Both the position numbers and the translations under genes were made by a program. Positions 13,550 through 24,545 of a stretch of 64,000 nucleotides of DNA are shown here, in pieces. Within the stretch, counting starts at the first letter, position 1. Each line of letters begins with the position of its first letter. The stretch comes from Haplodiscus bocki (taxonomy: Eukaryota), in assembly GCA_965655095.1 (NCBI GenBank), contig OZ296648.1:23064001-23128000 (forward strand), in the 5' to 3' direction. The notes beneath the pieces were generated by a model that did no database searches, was not told the DNA's origin, and saw only the letters and a program-made list of their open reading frames with translations.

Positions 13550-13639
13550 AACTTGTAAACTAAAGCAAAATTCAAGAAACCTTTCTGACTAAAGTTCTTT
13601 ACACAGAGACGAAGCTGTGCTTTGCAAAACCTGCTCCGA

Positions 13640-13900
13640 CGCAATAATGTTGAACAAATCGGACAACTTTTATTGATTTTTGCAGTGGACACGGTACTAC
13701 AAAAACTACTGAGTAAACAATTAAACAGAAATTTAATTAACTCAGTTAATTCTCATAAAAACTATATACACGGAGGAAACTATGCTTCGCAACACTTGAG
13801 TCAACGGAGCACTAATGAACAAATCGAACAAGTATAAGAGATTTTTACAGGGGCCACGGTACTACAAAAACTACTGATTAAATAGAAATTTAATTAACTA
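13640..13900. repeat. ~165-bp degenerate tandem duplication
   Basis: acggtactacaaaaactactga...agaaatttaattaact at ~13691 and ~13857; tgaacaaatcg.acaa at ~13651 and ~13816. Confidence 0.65.
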
Positions 13901-14722
13901 ATTGTAACAATTAAACAAGTGTAACAAGTACAAACAACTATAGCAGTTAATTAGCCTTACGTTTAATTAAAACAAACGCGCATTTTGGAAAATCGGCAAC
14001 GAACAAACTTCTGCAACTGAGCGAGAACGAATTAATAAATTTTTTCAAGAAAGCGAGAGCCCATAACCAGAAACTAGGCAACATTGGAATGTAGACACAA
14101 ATGGGAGTGGTGAACGGATCAAAAAAATTCCGCAAAAGCCTCTGATTTAACACGCTTGCACAAGTGTAATAAAATAACTAGTGTGCTTTAAGAAATTGAT
14201 CTCTCAATATGCTCAAGTGGACACTTCTTTTTTAACAGCTACATTTTCATTCTTAGAAATCTTAATACCAAGTGTTAATTTCGGGAAAGAATTAGAATGA
14301 CATCGCAATTCTTTCAGTTCTAAATTCCATAAGCTGCAATGATCGAGAGAGACCGTTTTCAAAAGATGAAGAATTTAGTTCGGCTTTCGGATTGAACAAA
14401 CATATTGCCCAGTTTTGGATTTAGCAAATGACATGGAAATGCCTTACGGGTCTGTTAAAAAACGAAACTTGAATATAGGCATCAAAGATGCAAGGTAGTA
14501 AGCGCAAACTGTGAAAAAAATGGAAATGAGCCAAATTCAAGATAATTGACTGATACTTTCGAAAAATCAGAAAATATCGCGCGAATAGAATTGTAAAATT
14601 TCAAATTTGTAAAATAACAAATGAAATTGCATACAATGCAGCAAAGTGAAGTGAATTAATTTTTGTCCACCTATGATCGACGCAAAAGGACGGATTTAAA
14701 TAGTAATGAACGGGAAAATATT

Positions 14723-15207
14723 AACAAGACGGCCGGCTACCACCAGCATACTTTCCGCCTTGCTATTTTGGTAAAGATGCCTTTTTAAGAGATGAAAGCG
14801 TTTTTTTTCCAGAATACTCTGTTTCTTGTTCATATTAAAAAAATTTGTCTTATTTTGAAAATTTCTTGATTTTTCGGCAAAAAATCTCACATATAAGGTG
14901 GAAAAGAGATTTTGAAGAAATAACACCATTTGATACGCATTCTACGGAAAGTTTGTCACTTTTAGAGATTTTTCAATTCAAGTTTTTTTCGAATACACCC
15001 ATCTATTTTTTCAAAAAGGCCAAATTTTTTTCGTTTTCAGAAATCTTAGTATTTCACTCGCATTTTACGGCAAATGTGCTACAATTTGGTTTTTAAAAAG
15101 TTCACGTTCAGAAACGTGAACGCAATTGGCAAACATCGGTTAAAAAAACGTTCAATTTGAGAGGAAGATTTGCTTCCATATTTTATAAACATGGCAGAAA
15201 ATAATAA
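14723..15207 (-). mobile_element. Non-autonomous Helentron/DINE-1-like element (~485 bp)
   Basis: AACAAGACGGCCGGCTACCACCAGCATACTTTCCGCC at 14723; other end atggcagaaaataataa at 15191-15207. Confidence 0.6.
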
Positions 15208-17198
15208 TTCTTGTCCTTTGCTTCATTCCTTCATCGCTCACTCAACAGGTCACGTATCGATTACCGAAATGGCGCCAAAAAATGAAGACAGTAAAACGTA
15301 TAGGCCGCAAGCCCAATTTTTTAATTCCGACAAAAAACTTTCTATCATGAAACATTTGAAGTTTGCAACTTTCAGCAATGATGGTTACCTTAAAAAGCAG
15401 ATCTAGAACATTTCTCAAACATCAAACTATGAGTAGGAATTTCTGCCAGTTTCATAACTTTCGGATAGTTAAAAAATAGTTTCGTCAAATGTGGAATTTT
15501 CAAAAAAATATATTGGAAAATTGCGATTTTATGTGCTTCAAAGATATAGCTGATTTATGATCTGTTTGCAAATTAAACAGAAACGTCAATACTTTTTGCT
15601 TTCACTTCAAATTTCTAATTCGAACAAACGTCACAAACCAAAAGCTGCTCTCGCATTGATTTGCTATGCTTTTCAACTTCTCAAAATACTGAGCAAGCCG
15701 AAAACGGCCAAAATCAGCGCCGCCCGTAAGGTTCAAAATATCAACGGTGACTCCTTTTTTTGGAAAATTTTAGCTTTATTATTTTAGGCGAATTTTCAAT
15801 GTTGTACCCAATTTCAATAACAATGATTCATGAGACAGGTTATCTGTAAAAATGTTGACCCCAAGATCCGATACTTTTTAAATATTGTTAGATTTGGTGA
15901 TCAATTGTTGAAATTTTGGTCGGACTGTTATATGGTATCTGAGATGCTTTTTGGTAGTTTCTATAGCTCTAGGGCACGCCAGCAGTCAATCCTTGAAATT
16001 GTGGTTAAAAGAAACTTCTTCCATCACAAAAAATAAACAAGCCGAGAATGGCCAAGTCTGCCCCACCCATACGGCTCAAATACTCATAGATGACAGCTGT
16101 TGAATACTTTCTATTTTCGGAAAATTTTGTAACCAAGCAATGGCTATAATAAAAAAAGCAAAGGAGGGCGTTTCCTAAAACTTTTGGTATTTTTCTCTTG
16201 AAAGTTTTCGTATTACTCAAATGGGAAGTTATCGCAAAAAAATATGGAATTGAATGTTCCCAAAGTTGTTGGGAAATTATATTAAAAAAAACTCATGATA
16301 TTTGCCTCGGCGAAAAAAAAATACTTCCGTACAAAGTTTTTCGTGTTGGTAACATTCTATTGATGAAAATAAGTCTGGCAATTATTATGTGGGCAGCGTG
16401 AGGTAAAACAATGCAAGGTTAATAAAAACGTCTAACACAGAGCGAGTTCTGTCATCTCAAAAAGCGAAGTACTACTATAGTCGAGAATTTAGTCATAACT
16501 GAAGCGCCGATTAAAGTCTTAAGTGCAGTAATCGTTGGGCTTTTTCAGTAAAATTACCAAAGCGTCGACTAAAAATGCTGCTATTGGATGACCGCTGAAC
16601 AAAGAAAGGTATCACCAGAACGCTAGGTGAATGAATAAGGACTCAGTTAATGGCCATTAGGAAACCTTCAAAATTTTGCAAAATCCATAGCCAGTTTCCA
16701 ATAAGTCCTTCGAAAAATAAAATAATTGGTTGCCAAATAATGAAAAGAATTGTTTTCAATTTTCATTTTAGCTTTTAAAATTGATTCGGAGCTAAGTAGA
16801 TAAGAAACACACTTCTCTCAAGTCTGAAAAAACTCAGAATCAAAATATTTTAAGAGCCATTATTGCATGAAAATTTGAACACATTCTATAATCAAAGGGA
16901 TCATTCAAATCGCTCCGGTGAAGGGAGATTTGCTTCGGTTGTGTTTCTATCAAAACCCATTCAAAATCATTAATGCAATTTTTCAAGTTTTTCTAATTTG
17001 ATGAACAGCAACACTTCACAAAAGCGATCTCACCTATATCTTTTAAGACTTCAAACACTTCGAAAAATTACTTCAAGTCATTATTTTTCAAGAAAAACAA
17101 AATTTTCTTTCTTTTCCACATGAGGATATTTTTCTGCACTCCATGTCACGCAAGAAACCTTTCTCTGGGAGACAGACTTGAGATACACTCCAACCCTT

Positions 17199-17542
17199 TT
17201 AGGCTTTGTAGTCAGGGTTCTTTTCGAGAATGACAAAACCCTCCAAAAACGGAGTTAGAGCCCGGTACTCATCTGTAGCAAGTTCAGCCCGCTCGCCAAT
17301 GTTGAGGAGCACAGGTGTTGTGTGCGTCTGGAATCCTGTGATTGTTTTGGGTTTTCCCGCCTGACCCACAACGTCCACAGCTTGACCCACTCTGACCGAT
17401 ACAGGAAGAGGGTTCAAGTATTCGTCGACTGTGGTCAACATTCTGGGTTGGATTGCAGGTACTATGCTGTAGAGTAAGTAATGGGCATGGCCCAAAATAG
17501 TTTCTTTCACGTTCAAACAAGACGTCAACAGAGTTATAAGAC
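17199..17542 (-). CDS. PSMD2: 26S proteasome non-ATPase regulatory subunit 2 (RPN1), terminal coding exon 5
   Basis: Acceptor cttgtag; ...[52 protein letters not shown] is the conserved RPN1 C-terminus. Confidence 0.97.
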
Positions 17543-17809
17543 CTACAAGGGAAATGAAACTAAGTTCAAGTTGATAGGTTCGAAATAAAATTAGGTTAAA
17601 AAATGAATTAAAAATCTTTCAATACCAATCATTTTGCTCAAAATAAGCACGTCAACATTTTTTGTTCACAGATTCTCTAAACTACGGTATAAAGGAAAGC
17701 AAAGGGAAATATTTTGCTGCCAAATTTAAGACAATACATCATTTAGGAAATCTTAATTTACGTGCAGTAAACTGGCACGGTTTACTTCGAATAATCCATT
17801 GAATTGGTT

Positions 17810-18195
17810 AACACGACCTCCGGCTACCACAAAGATATTTTCGGCCTTTTATAAAATCCGTGTGAGACTCGAACTCTTCAACTTTTTGCTACGACCGGGT
17901 CTTACTATCACAAATGCATTAACCGCTAAGCTACCAGGCCTTCCCTGAGAGTTCAAATCAAAATTCAAATACTCGATCCCCATTGGTCGAGAGCCATGGG
18001 AAGAGAAGTCATTCTATTTATAATAACAAATTGCCCGCGCTTTTTCGTCTCGTCCAAACAGAGTCGAGTATTTGCTGACGTCATGCTATTAATAGTAAAA
18101 GTGCACATTCGCGTAATTGGTAGAATATATGTAAACAAACCTCAAATTTGAAAGAATGATTTTCCTCCCAAATATGAAAAATTGGGCGGAAAATA
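17810..18195 (-). mobile_element. Helentron/DINE-1-like element with a tRNA-derived module, in the last PSMD2 intron
   Basis: AACACGACCTCCGGCTACCACAAAGATATTTTCGGCC ... GGCGGAAAATA; minus-strand A box TAGCTTAGCGG and B box GAGTTCGAGTC within 17860-17940. Confidence 0.5.
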
Positions 18196-18236
18196 TTTCA
18201 GGGCTCTGAAAATTTTGAACCAAATTTGACACTAAC

Positions 18237-19267
18237 CTGCTAAAGCAGTATTGCTGCAGAGAAATCTGTCACAATGAAAAGCGTTAATAGTCAACGTTCC
18301 CTTGCCCATATGAGTAAGGCCTTGGCTGATTCTCGTCATGAACAAATTACTGGCATCTTTGGCGTAATACTGCGCCAGTTGACGCAACATTAGAGCCAAA
18401 CGTGCATTGTTGGTTCCACATCCCAAAATACCCATGGCAAGAATCGAATTAGCCGAAACCTCAGCGTCAGAGTCGTGTGAAAACTTGCTGAGTGTATCCA
18501 AAATTGGCAGCTGGGGATTACTAGGGGACAACATCGCAAGGGCCAATGGGACCGCTTTTTTGATCGAGGTCTCCCCGTACCTCAGAAGATGCCCAAATGT
18601 ACGGAAGGCCATCTCGGATCCGATGTCTTCTCCGTTAGCAATGATTGCTAAACCAAATGTCGCGATTGAATAGTAAAGACCTGGATCTATTTTTGCCCCA
18701 GAATCTGCTTCATCTTTGTCTTTCTTATCCTTGTCTTTAGAAGTTGAAGCCGTTTCCGTTTTCTTGTCCTCCTTCTTCGAAACGTCAGCTTGGGGTTTCG
18801 CTGCTTTTTCACCAGAAGATGACGAAGCGGTTGTTTCTTCAGGTGGCGAAGCCGATTCGGAACAGATGTGAAGCAACTTTTGAATTTTCAAGACATTTCC
18901 CGTCGTGGCGTAGGAACAAATTTCCAGAATCAACTGCGAAATTTTTAAGAAAGTTTCACTTTGGTACTTCAAAACCTCCAGAGCTGCAATGGCGGCTTCT
19001 GAAGCTTCTTGCAATCCCAGATAATTCAAGCCCAGCGCCATAGGAAGAAAGAGCATGAAAGAATTGGCAAGTTCGCTCTCGGATTTCTCCATGAGGAGCG
19101 CGAGAAGTGCTTCCGAAACGGAAGCGTTGGCATGGCCCACAGAAATCATGCCAAGTGAGACCGCTGCGATGCCAACAACTTCAGGGGTACTTTTCTTGTC
19201 AGTAAGAACTGGCTTGATCAGGTCAATAACGTCTTCGCGGTTAGATCCACAGTACGCCAACCCAAGT
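18237..19267 (-). CDS. PSMD2: PSMD2/RPN1 coding exon 4
   Basis: [13 protein letters not shown]...[13 protein letters not shown]...[21 protein letters not shown]...[11 protein letters not shown]...GTNNARLA (PC repeats); acceptor ttgtttag, donor GTTAGT; phases consistent. Confidence 0.97.
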
Positions 19268-19269
19268 CT

Positions 19270-19724
19270 AAACAAGACGACGGCAAACTTCGGGGCACTT
19301 CCCGCCTACCAAATTACGGAAGAAACGTTAAAAACCCGTAATTCAAAAAATGTCTGGAAAAAGAGCAAAATTGCATTTAAACTCGAAAAAAAATTATTTT
19401 TTCAAAGAAAACTTCAATTTTGGCAGGAAATACCTTTTCTTGAAAAACTCTATTAGACAGGTTCTACGACAAATTTGGCAAAATTAAGATTTTGATCGTC
19501 CAATTTTTGCCTATTCGTAAAGAAAAATCTAAGCTTTTATCATGAATAGCAAACATTTCACTTCCTATTCTTTAAATCAAGAGCTTTTTATATTTTGCTT
19601 GGTTCATTTGATGTTGTTGCAAAACTGCATGCTTAACGTAACCTTGCACGCAAATTTCATCCAAAAAACCTGATTGCTGAATAAATGATTTTCCTTCCTA
19701 TGCAATATGAGCGGAAAATAACAA
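19270..19724 (-). mobile_element. Diverged Helentron/DINE-1-like element abutting the PSMD2 exon 4 acceptor
   Basis: AAACAAGACGACGGC...CACTTCCCGCC at 19270; atgaGCGGAAAATAACAA at 19707-19724. Confidence 0.45.
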
Positions 19725-20051
19725 AATAACATAATATTGGTACTTATATGTTAACAGAACTAACAATGCAAAGCTGGCTCATTGGCTGGTTACACTTTTG
19801 AACGTATGGATTAAAAGATTGAACATTAAATATCGTGAAAAAACAATAATCCTGTTAAGTCTCAAAGTATGAGTCACCCAGTAGGGGATCTGATAATTAC
19901 TTTAAAAATACCTTGCTCGCAAACAGATAAAATGTTTTTTTTCTTTGAAAACAATTGAATTTGACCCCTGATAAAATGGTCGTGTCTCAATACATAAACA
20001 TTACAGGATTCTGAATTTTCGATATTTTGGTATTCAATGGCGAAGACTTAC

Positions 20052-20259
20052 CCAAAACAAGAGCATATTCTCATCTGCATGGTATTGTGCAGCACATAAT
20101 CAGCCAAGAGAGCCAACGCAGGTTCACACTCGTTCATGATTCCAGAACTGACTATTCCACAGGCGAGAAGAGCACCTGACTTGATGTGGTCATCAGTGGA
20201 ATAGAGATATTTGTCTATTTTTGTAAGACCTCCATCCACGTCCCACAACAACAGACATC
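20052..20259 (-). CDS. PSMD2: PSMD2/RPN1 coding exon 3
   Basis: [36 protein letters not shown]...[11 protein letters not shown]; acceptor ttgtag, donor GTAAGT. Confidence 0.96.
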
Positions 20260-21138
20260 CTACAAGTCATTCAATAATGTTATAGATTCGCAAAATTTCA
20301 CGGATAGCAATATAGGATACAAAATATCATGCTAACCAAAAATCCTCGACAAAAAAAAAACTGTCAATGGTTGAATATTTGAAATTTCTCCCATTTAAAC
20401 CCTTCATTGCCCGATACGTTTTAGGGATTTTCGAAAACTTGAGGAAAGGAAGTTTAAACTCAATTTTCTCAAAAACTATAGGGAGTTGAAAAACTACCTA
20501 CAGCTGGTTTGAAAGGTTTATCATTAAGCTTTTATTTTGTTTCGGTGGACCCCAGTCGACGCTTTCATGAAAACTTTAGTTTCTTTTTCTGGTACCGCCG
20601 CTTCGGGCCACCGGCTGTGCAGGGGCTTGTAGCAGTATGGGAATTTTATTGGATGCTTAATGCATTGGAGTGGTGGTTAACACGTAGTGCAGGTGAAATC
20701 AGTTACTTGAGGACATGACAGGATTGAGTGAGCGAAATTTTTGGATAGATGAGTGAAATTTGGTAATTTTCAACTCAACTCAGACCTACCACAAAACACG
20801 TATATGACATCACTGTCCAAATACTCTTTCAATTTGCAGTAAGCGGAAACAACACAGTAAAACGGGGCTCCGGAGGTTTTTTCAGCCCGAAAATACCAAA
20901 TCAAAGTTGAAATCATCACGTTCCATACAGTGGACAATGGCCAATAAAGGGTTAAGCATGGTTTACAACTCTTTATCAGCAAGTGACAATTGGACTATCG
21001 TATTTCTTACCCGCCGATCTCAACTAACTCATTTTTACCTTTATCGAAATTGAAACTACACAAGGTTCACTTTTGCGCGTCCTCTCACTTTTTCTGCATT
21101 TCTATAGAATTATTTCAACCAGAATTATATACACTAAC

Positions 21139-21308
21139 CCAAACTTGCAGTTGCGCTCATCATGCCATGGTCTTTATTTTTGTAGATCCATTTGTTGCCG
21201 GCATCATCTGGGAGGAGCATTTTATCGGAGCCAAATCCACAGTTCACGAAGCCATTCACAAAAGAGGAAGCCAAATTTTGCCTAGCAGAATCAGGCTGTG
21301 TATTGGAC
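21139..21308 (-). CDS. PSMD2: PSMD2/RPN1 coding exon 2 (not in ORF track)
   Basis: [57 protein letters not shown]; acceptor tttttgaag, donor GTTAGT. Confidence 0.95.
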
Positions 21309-21364
21309 CTTCAAAAACAAATTGGCGTGCATCATTCAGAAAGAACGTTTTCAAACGCTTTTGA

Positions 21365-22285
21365 AATAAGACGCCCGGTTACCACCGGAATACTTTCCGA
21401 CCTCTAATTTTGTTTAAACTGCGTTTTAGATGAAAGACAGCAGCCCAAGGCGGATAGGATTTCGGAAAATTTTAATTTTTTTGCGCGCTCTCACCGCTAC
21501 TATAATGCGTGTGGCCACTCCTGTACTCTCATGCAGCTTTGCTGCGTTTTTGGGAAAAATGATTTTTTCAGAAAGTCGCACGCAAATCTAAGTACATTGA
21601 CTGGGGAACAAGGAAAGAATTCCAAAAGTTTTTGACTTCCGCACTCTCACCGCTACTATGATGATCTGTATGGTCCCTCCTTTACCCACACGAAATTCCT
21701 TATTTTGGACGAGGTCGCAAAATTTCGACCAAAAAAGCGTCAAAGAAAACAAAATCCTAGTAACACTATTAGTACTTCATAAAATTGGAATTTTCCGAAG
21801 TTCTAAAGAAAAGTATTCTACAGGAAAATTGCAGTTTTTTCTGAGTTGAAAATTTCATTTCGAAAACCCTTAAAATTCGGTCGGAAAAGTCATTATTTAG
21901 AATTAATACTCTTCTGTAAGCATTCTACATCAAGTTCCTCCTTTTCCCCGATTTAAAATTTTTTCAAAAAAATCAGGTTCCGGAATTTTTGGAATTTCGG
22001 CATTTTCAAGAAATATTACCATTTTATCCATGTTCCAAATCAAATTTGTTGCTTCTTCCCAATTTTTTTAAAAAAAATTTTGTAGTTTTTTCAAAAAAAC
22101 TTTCAATAAATCCTATTTTGGTGCATTTTATAGAAACTCCACTAGACCGTTTGCATTCTAGGGCGAATTTGCCATAATTTGGTGATAAAAATTCAAACTT
22201 TTGCAATCATGAATTGGCAAGTAAAAAACGCACGCGTTGAGTGCATGATATTCCACGCATATTGATACATGGCGGAAAATAATAA
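21365..22285 (-). mobile_element. Helentron/DINE-1-like element (~920 bp) filling most of the intron between PSMD2 coding exons 1 and 2
   Basis: AATAAGACGCCCGGTTACCACCGGAATACTTTCCG (hairpin CCGGT/ACCGG) ... ATGGCGGAAAATAATAA; internal repeat ctctcaccgctactat at ~21488 and ~21643. Confidence 0.6.
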
Positions 22286-22406
22286 ACGAAAAATGTACCA
22301 GCTGCAGTTAATTCTGAAAAAAAGCATGATGCTAACTAAGACCGAAGATAAGACATTACCATAAATTGAAAAAAATACTCAAAAACAATCAAAAAAAATT
22401 CCTTAC

Positions 22407-23473
22407 GTCAAAAACTTGTTCTGATCTAAATGGCTCTTGTAAATATCAGCGGGAAGTTTGGGTTCCATGATATCTAATTCTCTAGCAAGAGCCAAAAAGT
22501 TTCCATTCAGCTTTCCATTAGTCATGATTTCTTTCAGTTCGTCAACGTCAGCATCTTCTTCAGAAACATTCATAGCTTCAAGTTCCAAGTAGATCTGTTG
22601 TCGTCCCAACATGAAAGACAATTGCTTCTGTAATTGACTGGTTTGGGATGATTCAAAAACGTCGACCATCAAAGTTGTATCGTTCAAACACATAGCGAGA
22701 CGCATGGCATCCGGCAATTTATCGAATTTACGGTAAATTTTATAAGCACATTTCAACAAGTTAGTATTCTCGGGTTCAGCGACATACTTCACACAACTAA
22801 TCAAGTACAGACAAACTCGACTGTACGTGTTGATATCACAATACTCAACAAGCGCGTCCAAATTCTCGATCTCCATGAGAATATCACATGCATCGGATTC
22901 AGCGTTGTGCTGCATAAAATAGGGAACAATTTCTTTTACTATATTCTGTAGTTCATCTCGTTTATCGTTCACATCAGCAGCTTCGACATCAAGAGAGTTC
23001 CACACAGTGCCTATTTCGTTTGATACATGTAAAACGTACTCATGGCCCCATGATCCTATGGCTTCACGAGACCCAAGTTTTCGGTAATTCAAACAATCAT
23101 TATCTTCTGAGCAAACCATCGCCAACACTGACAAAATATCAGCGCACAGCTTTCGATTTTCCTGCGAATCTAACTTGAAGTATACCTCTTCTTTCAAAAG
23201 TTTATAATGGGGCATTAAAAACTTCAAAGGTTTAGGAACAGATGTCATTGAATTCGTTGATTCACGTAGCTTAGACCGGAGCAGTTCAAGAGCATCTTTC
23301 TGCTCCACTTGAGAAGCATTCTGTAATTTTTCGACAGTGGTATTCAACTCTTCCTGTAAAGCTTTATCCTCCTCAGAAAGTTCTGGGGGCGCATCTTTTT
23401 TCAATGCGGTTTTCTCCGAATCGCCAGAACTTTTTTCTTGTTGTGAAGTAGATTTAGATTCAAGAGGAGCCAT
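22407..23473 (-). CDS. PSMD2: PSMD2/RPN1 coding exon 1 (spliced CDS 2820 nt, 939 aa)
   Basis: ELSEEDKALQEEL...STNSMTSVPKPLKFL...WGHEYV...HNAESDACDILMEIE...ARELDIMEPKLPADIYKSHL; donor GTAAGG at 22406. ATG at 23473 preferred because acceptor ttcttttttcag lies 5 nt upstream. Confidence 0.95.
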
Positions 23474-24379
23474 CAGGTCTGAAAAAAGAACTGCAATCAT
23501 TTAAAGTTCGTTCTAGTTCATATCGGCTGTTATATTTAGTCAACACTTCCACGAGAAAAGCTCCCGACCATTACAATTTTCTTTATTGTAAAAACACAGA
23601 ACTCTTTTCATGGAAAACAATTTTCTTCCGGAATTGCCCATGTCCACCTCATTATGACCAGTGATCAGCATCGATTTATTGGCAATATTATTTCATTGGA
23701 GCTACCTGCAATGATAGAATTGTGATTGCCACACAATGATCAGAGAAGAATCATTGATGAGGAAAAATCAAAAGGCATTGCCATCAATTGGCAGGTCAAA
23801 AATCACAAAATTCAGTTGTACAGTCTGCAGAGAACTTTATCGAGAGAAGAACTATCTCAGAGGTCATTGCATTATAGGCTCTGAGATACAATCATCCTAT
23901 GACTGCAAAATATCCAGAAAAATTTTTTACGCTCACCATCAGATCTGAAACAAGACTACTCGCTACGAACTTTGTTGTAGATTTTTCACCTGGAGCGTAC
24001 TTTTTTGGAAACCTTTTAATCAAATTTGGCATTTTTGGAACTTAAAAATTGCTGATTTCTTGCAAAGACCTCTAATTCTGGTGGAAAAGATATTGCAAGT
24101 AAAAAATTATATAACTACCGTACGCTTGTACTACGCTTGTTCTATTCATGACCTCGAACGATGATAGGAACTGACAGATGTAAGGACATGTGAGCCTGGA
24201 TATATGTTCTTCAAATCCCATGTACTTGCGGGATACTCTCCACAGTTTCTTCAGCCAGAGTTCTCCACCGTTGTGTAGTCGGCAGTTTTTGGGGTTGGTC
24301 GTTGATTCAGGACTCGAGGATTTTGGAATCTCCATTGAAGTTGATCAGTTCTACGATTCGATCTTCGTCGTAAATGTCA

Positions 24380-24545
24380 GGGTACAATTATTTGTCTGAT
24401 CTGTGCTCGATGTCTCTCACCCTAAAAAAGGAAGTGTCGCGAAGTTTCTTCCCCTTTTTGGCCTATGCAATTTCGTGACAGCACTAAGCTGCAATTGTAA
24501 CCGGTTTGCAAGGCTCTGACACCTATAGAGTAGTAACCTGTGGAT
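24380..24545 (-). mobile_element. 3' remnant of the founder non-LTR retrotransposon ORF2 (degenerate CCHC zinc knuckle)
   Basis: Minus translation YNCSLVLSRNCIGQKGEETSRHFLF*GERHRAQIR; GGC and GGT are each one substitution from Cys, giving C-x-C-x8-H-x4-C with the typical ETxxHxL. Confidence 0.65.

Noticed and set aside
23474-23500. ORF-track start MIAVLFSDL for PSMD2
   Set aside because: It overlaps a pyrimidine tract and AG acceptor, so it is probably intron or outron sequence
24072-24335. 87-aa ORF between PSMD2 and the array
   Set aside because: No recognisable domain; more likely LINE 3' or intergenic sequence
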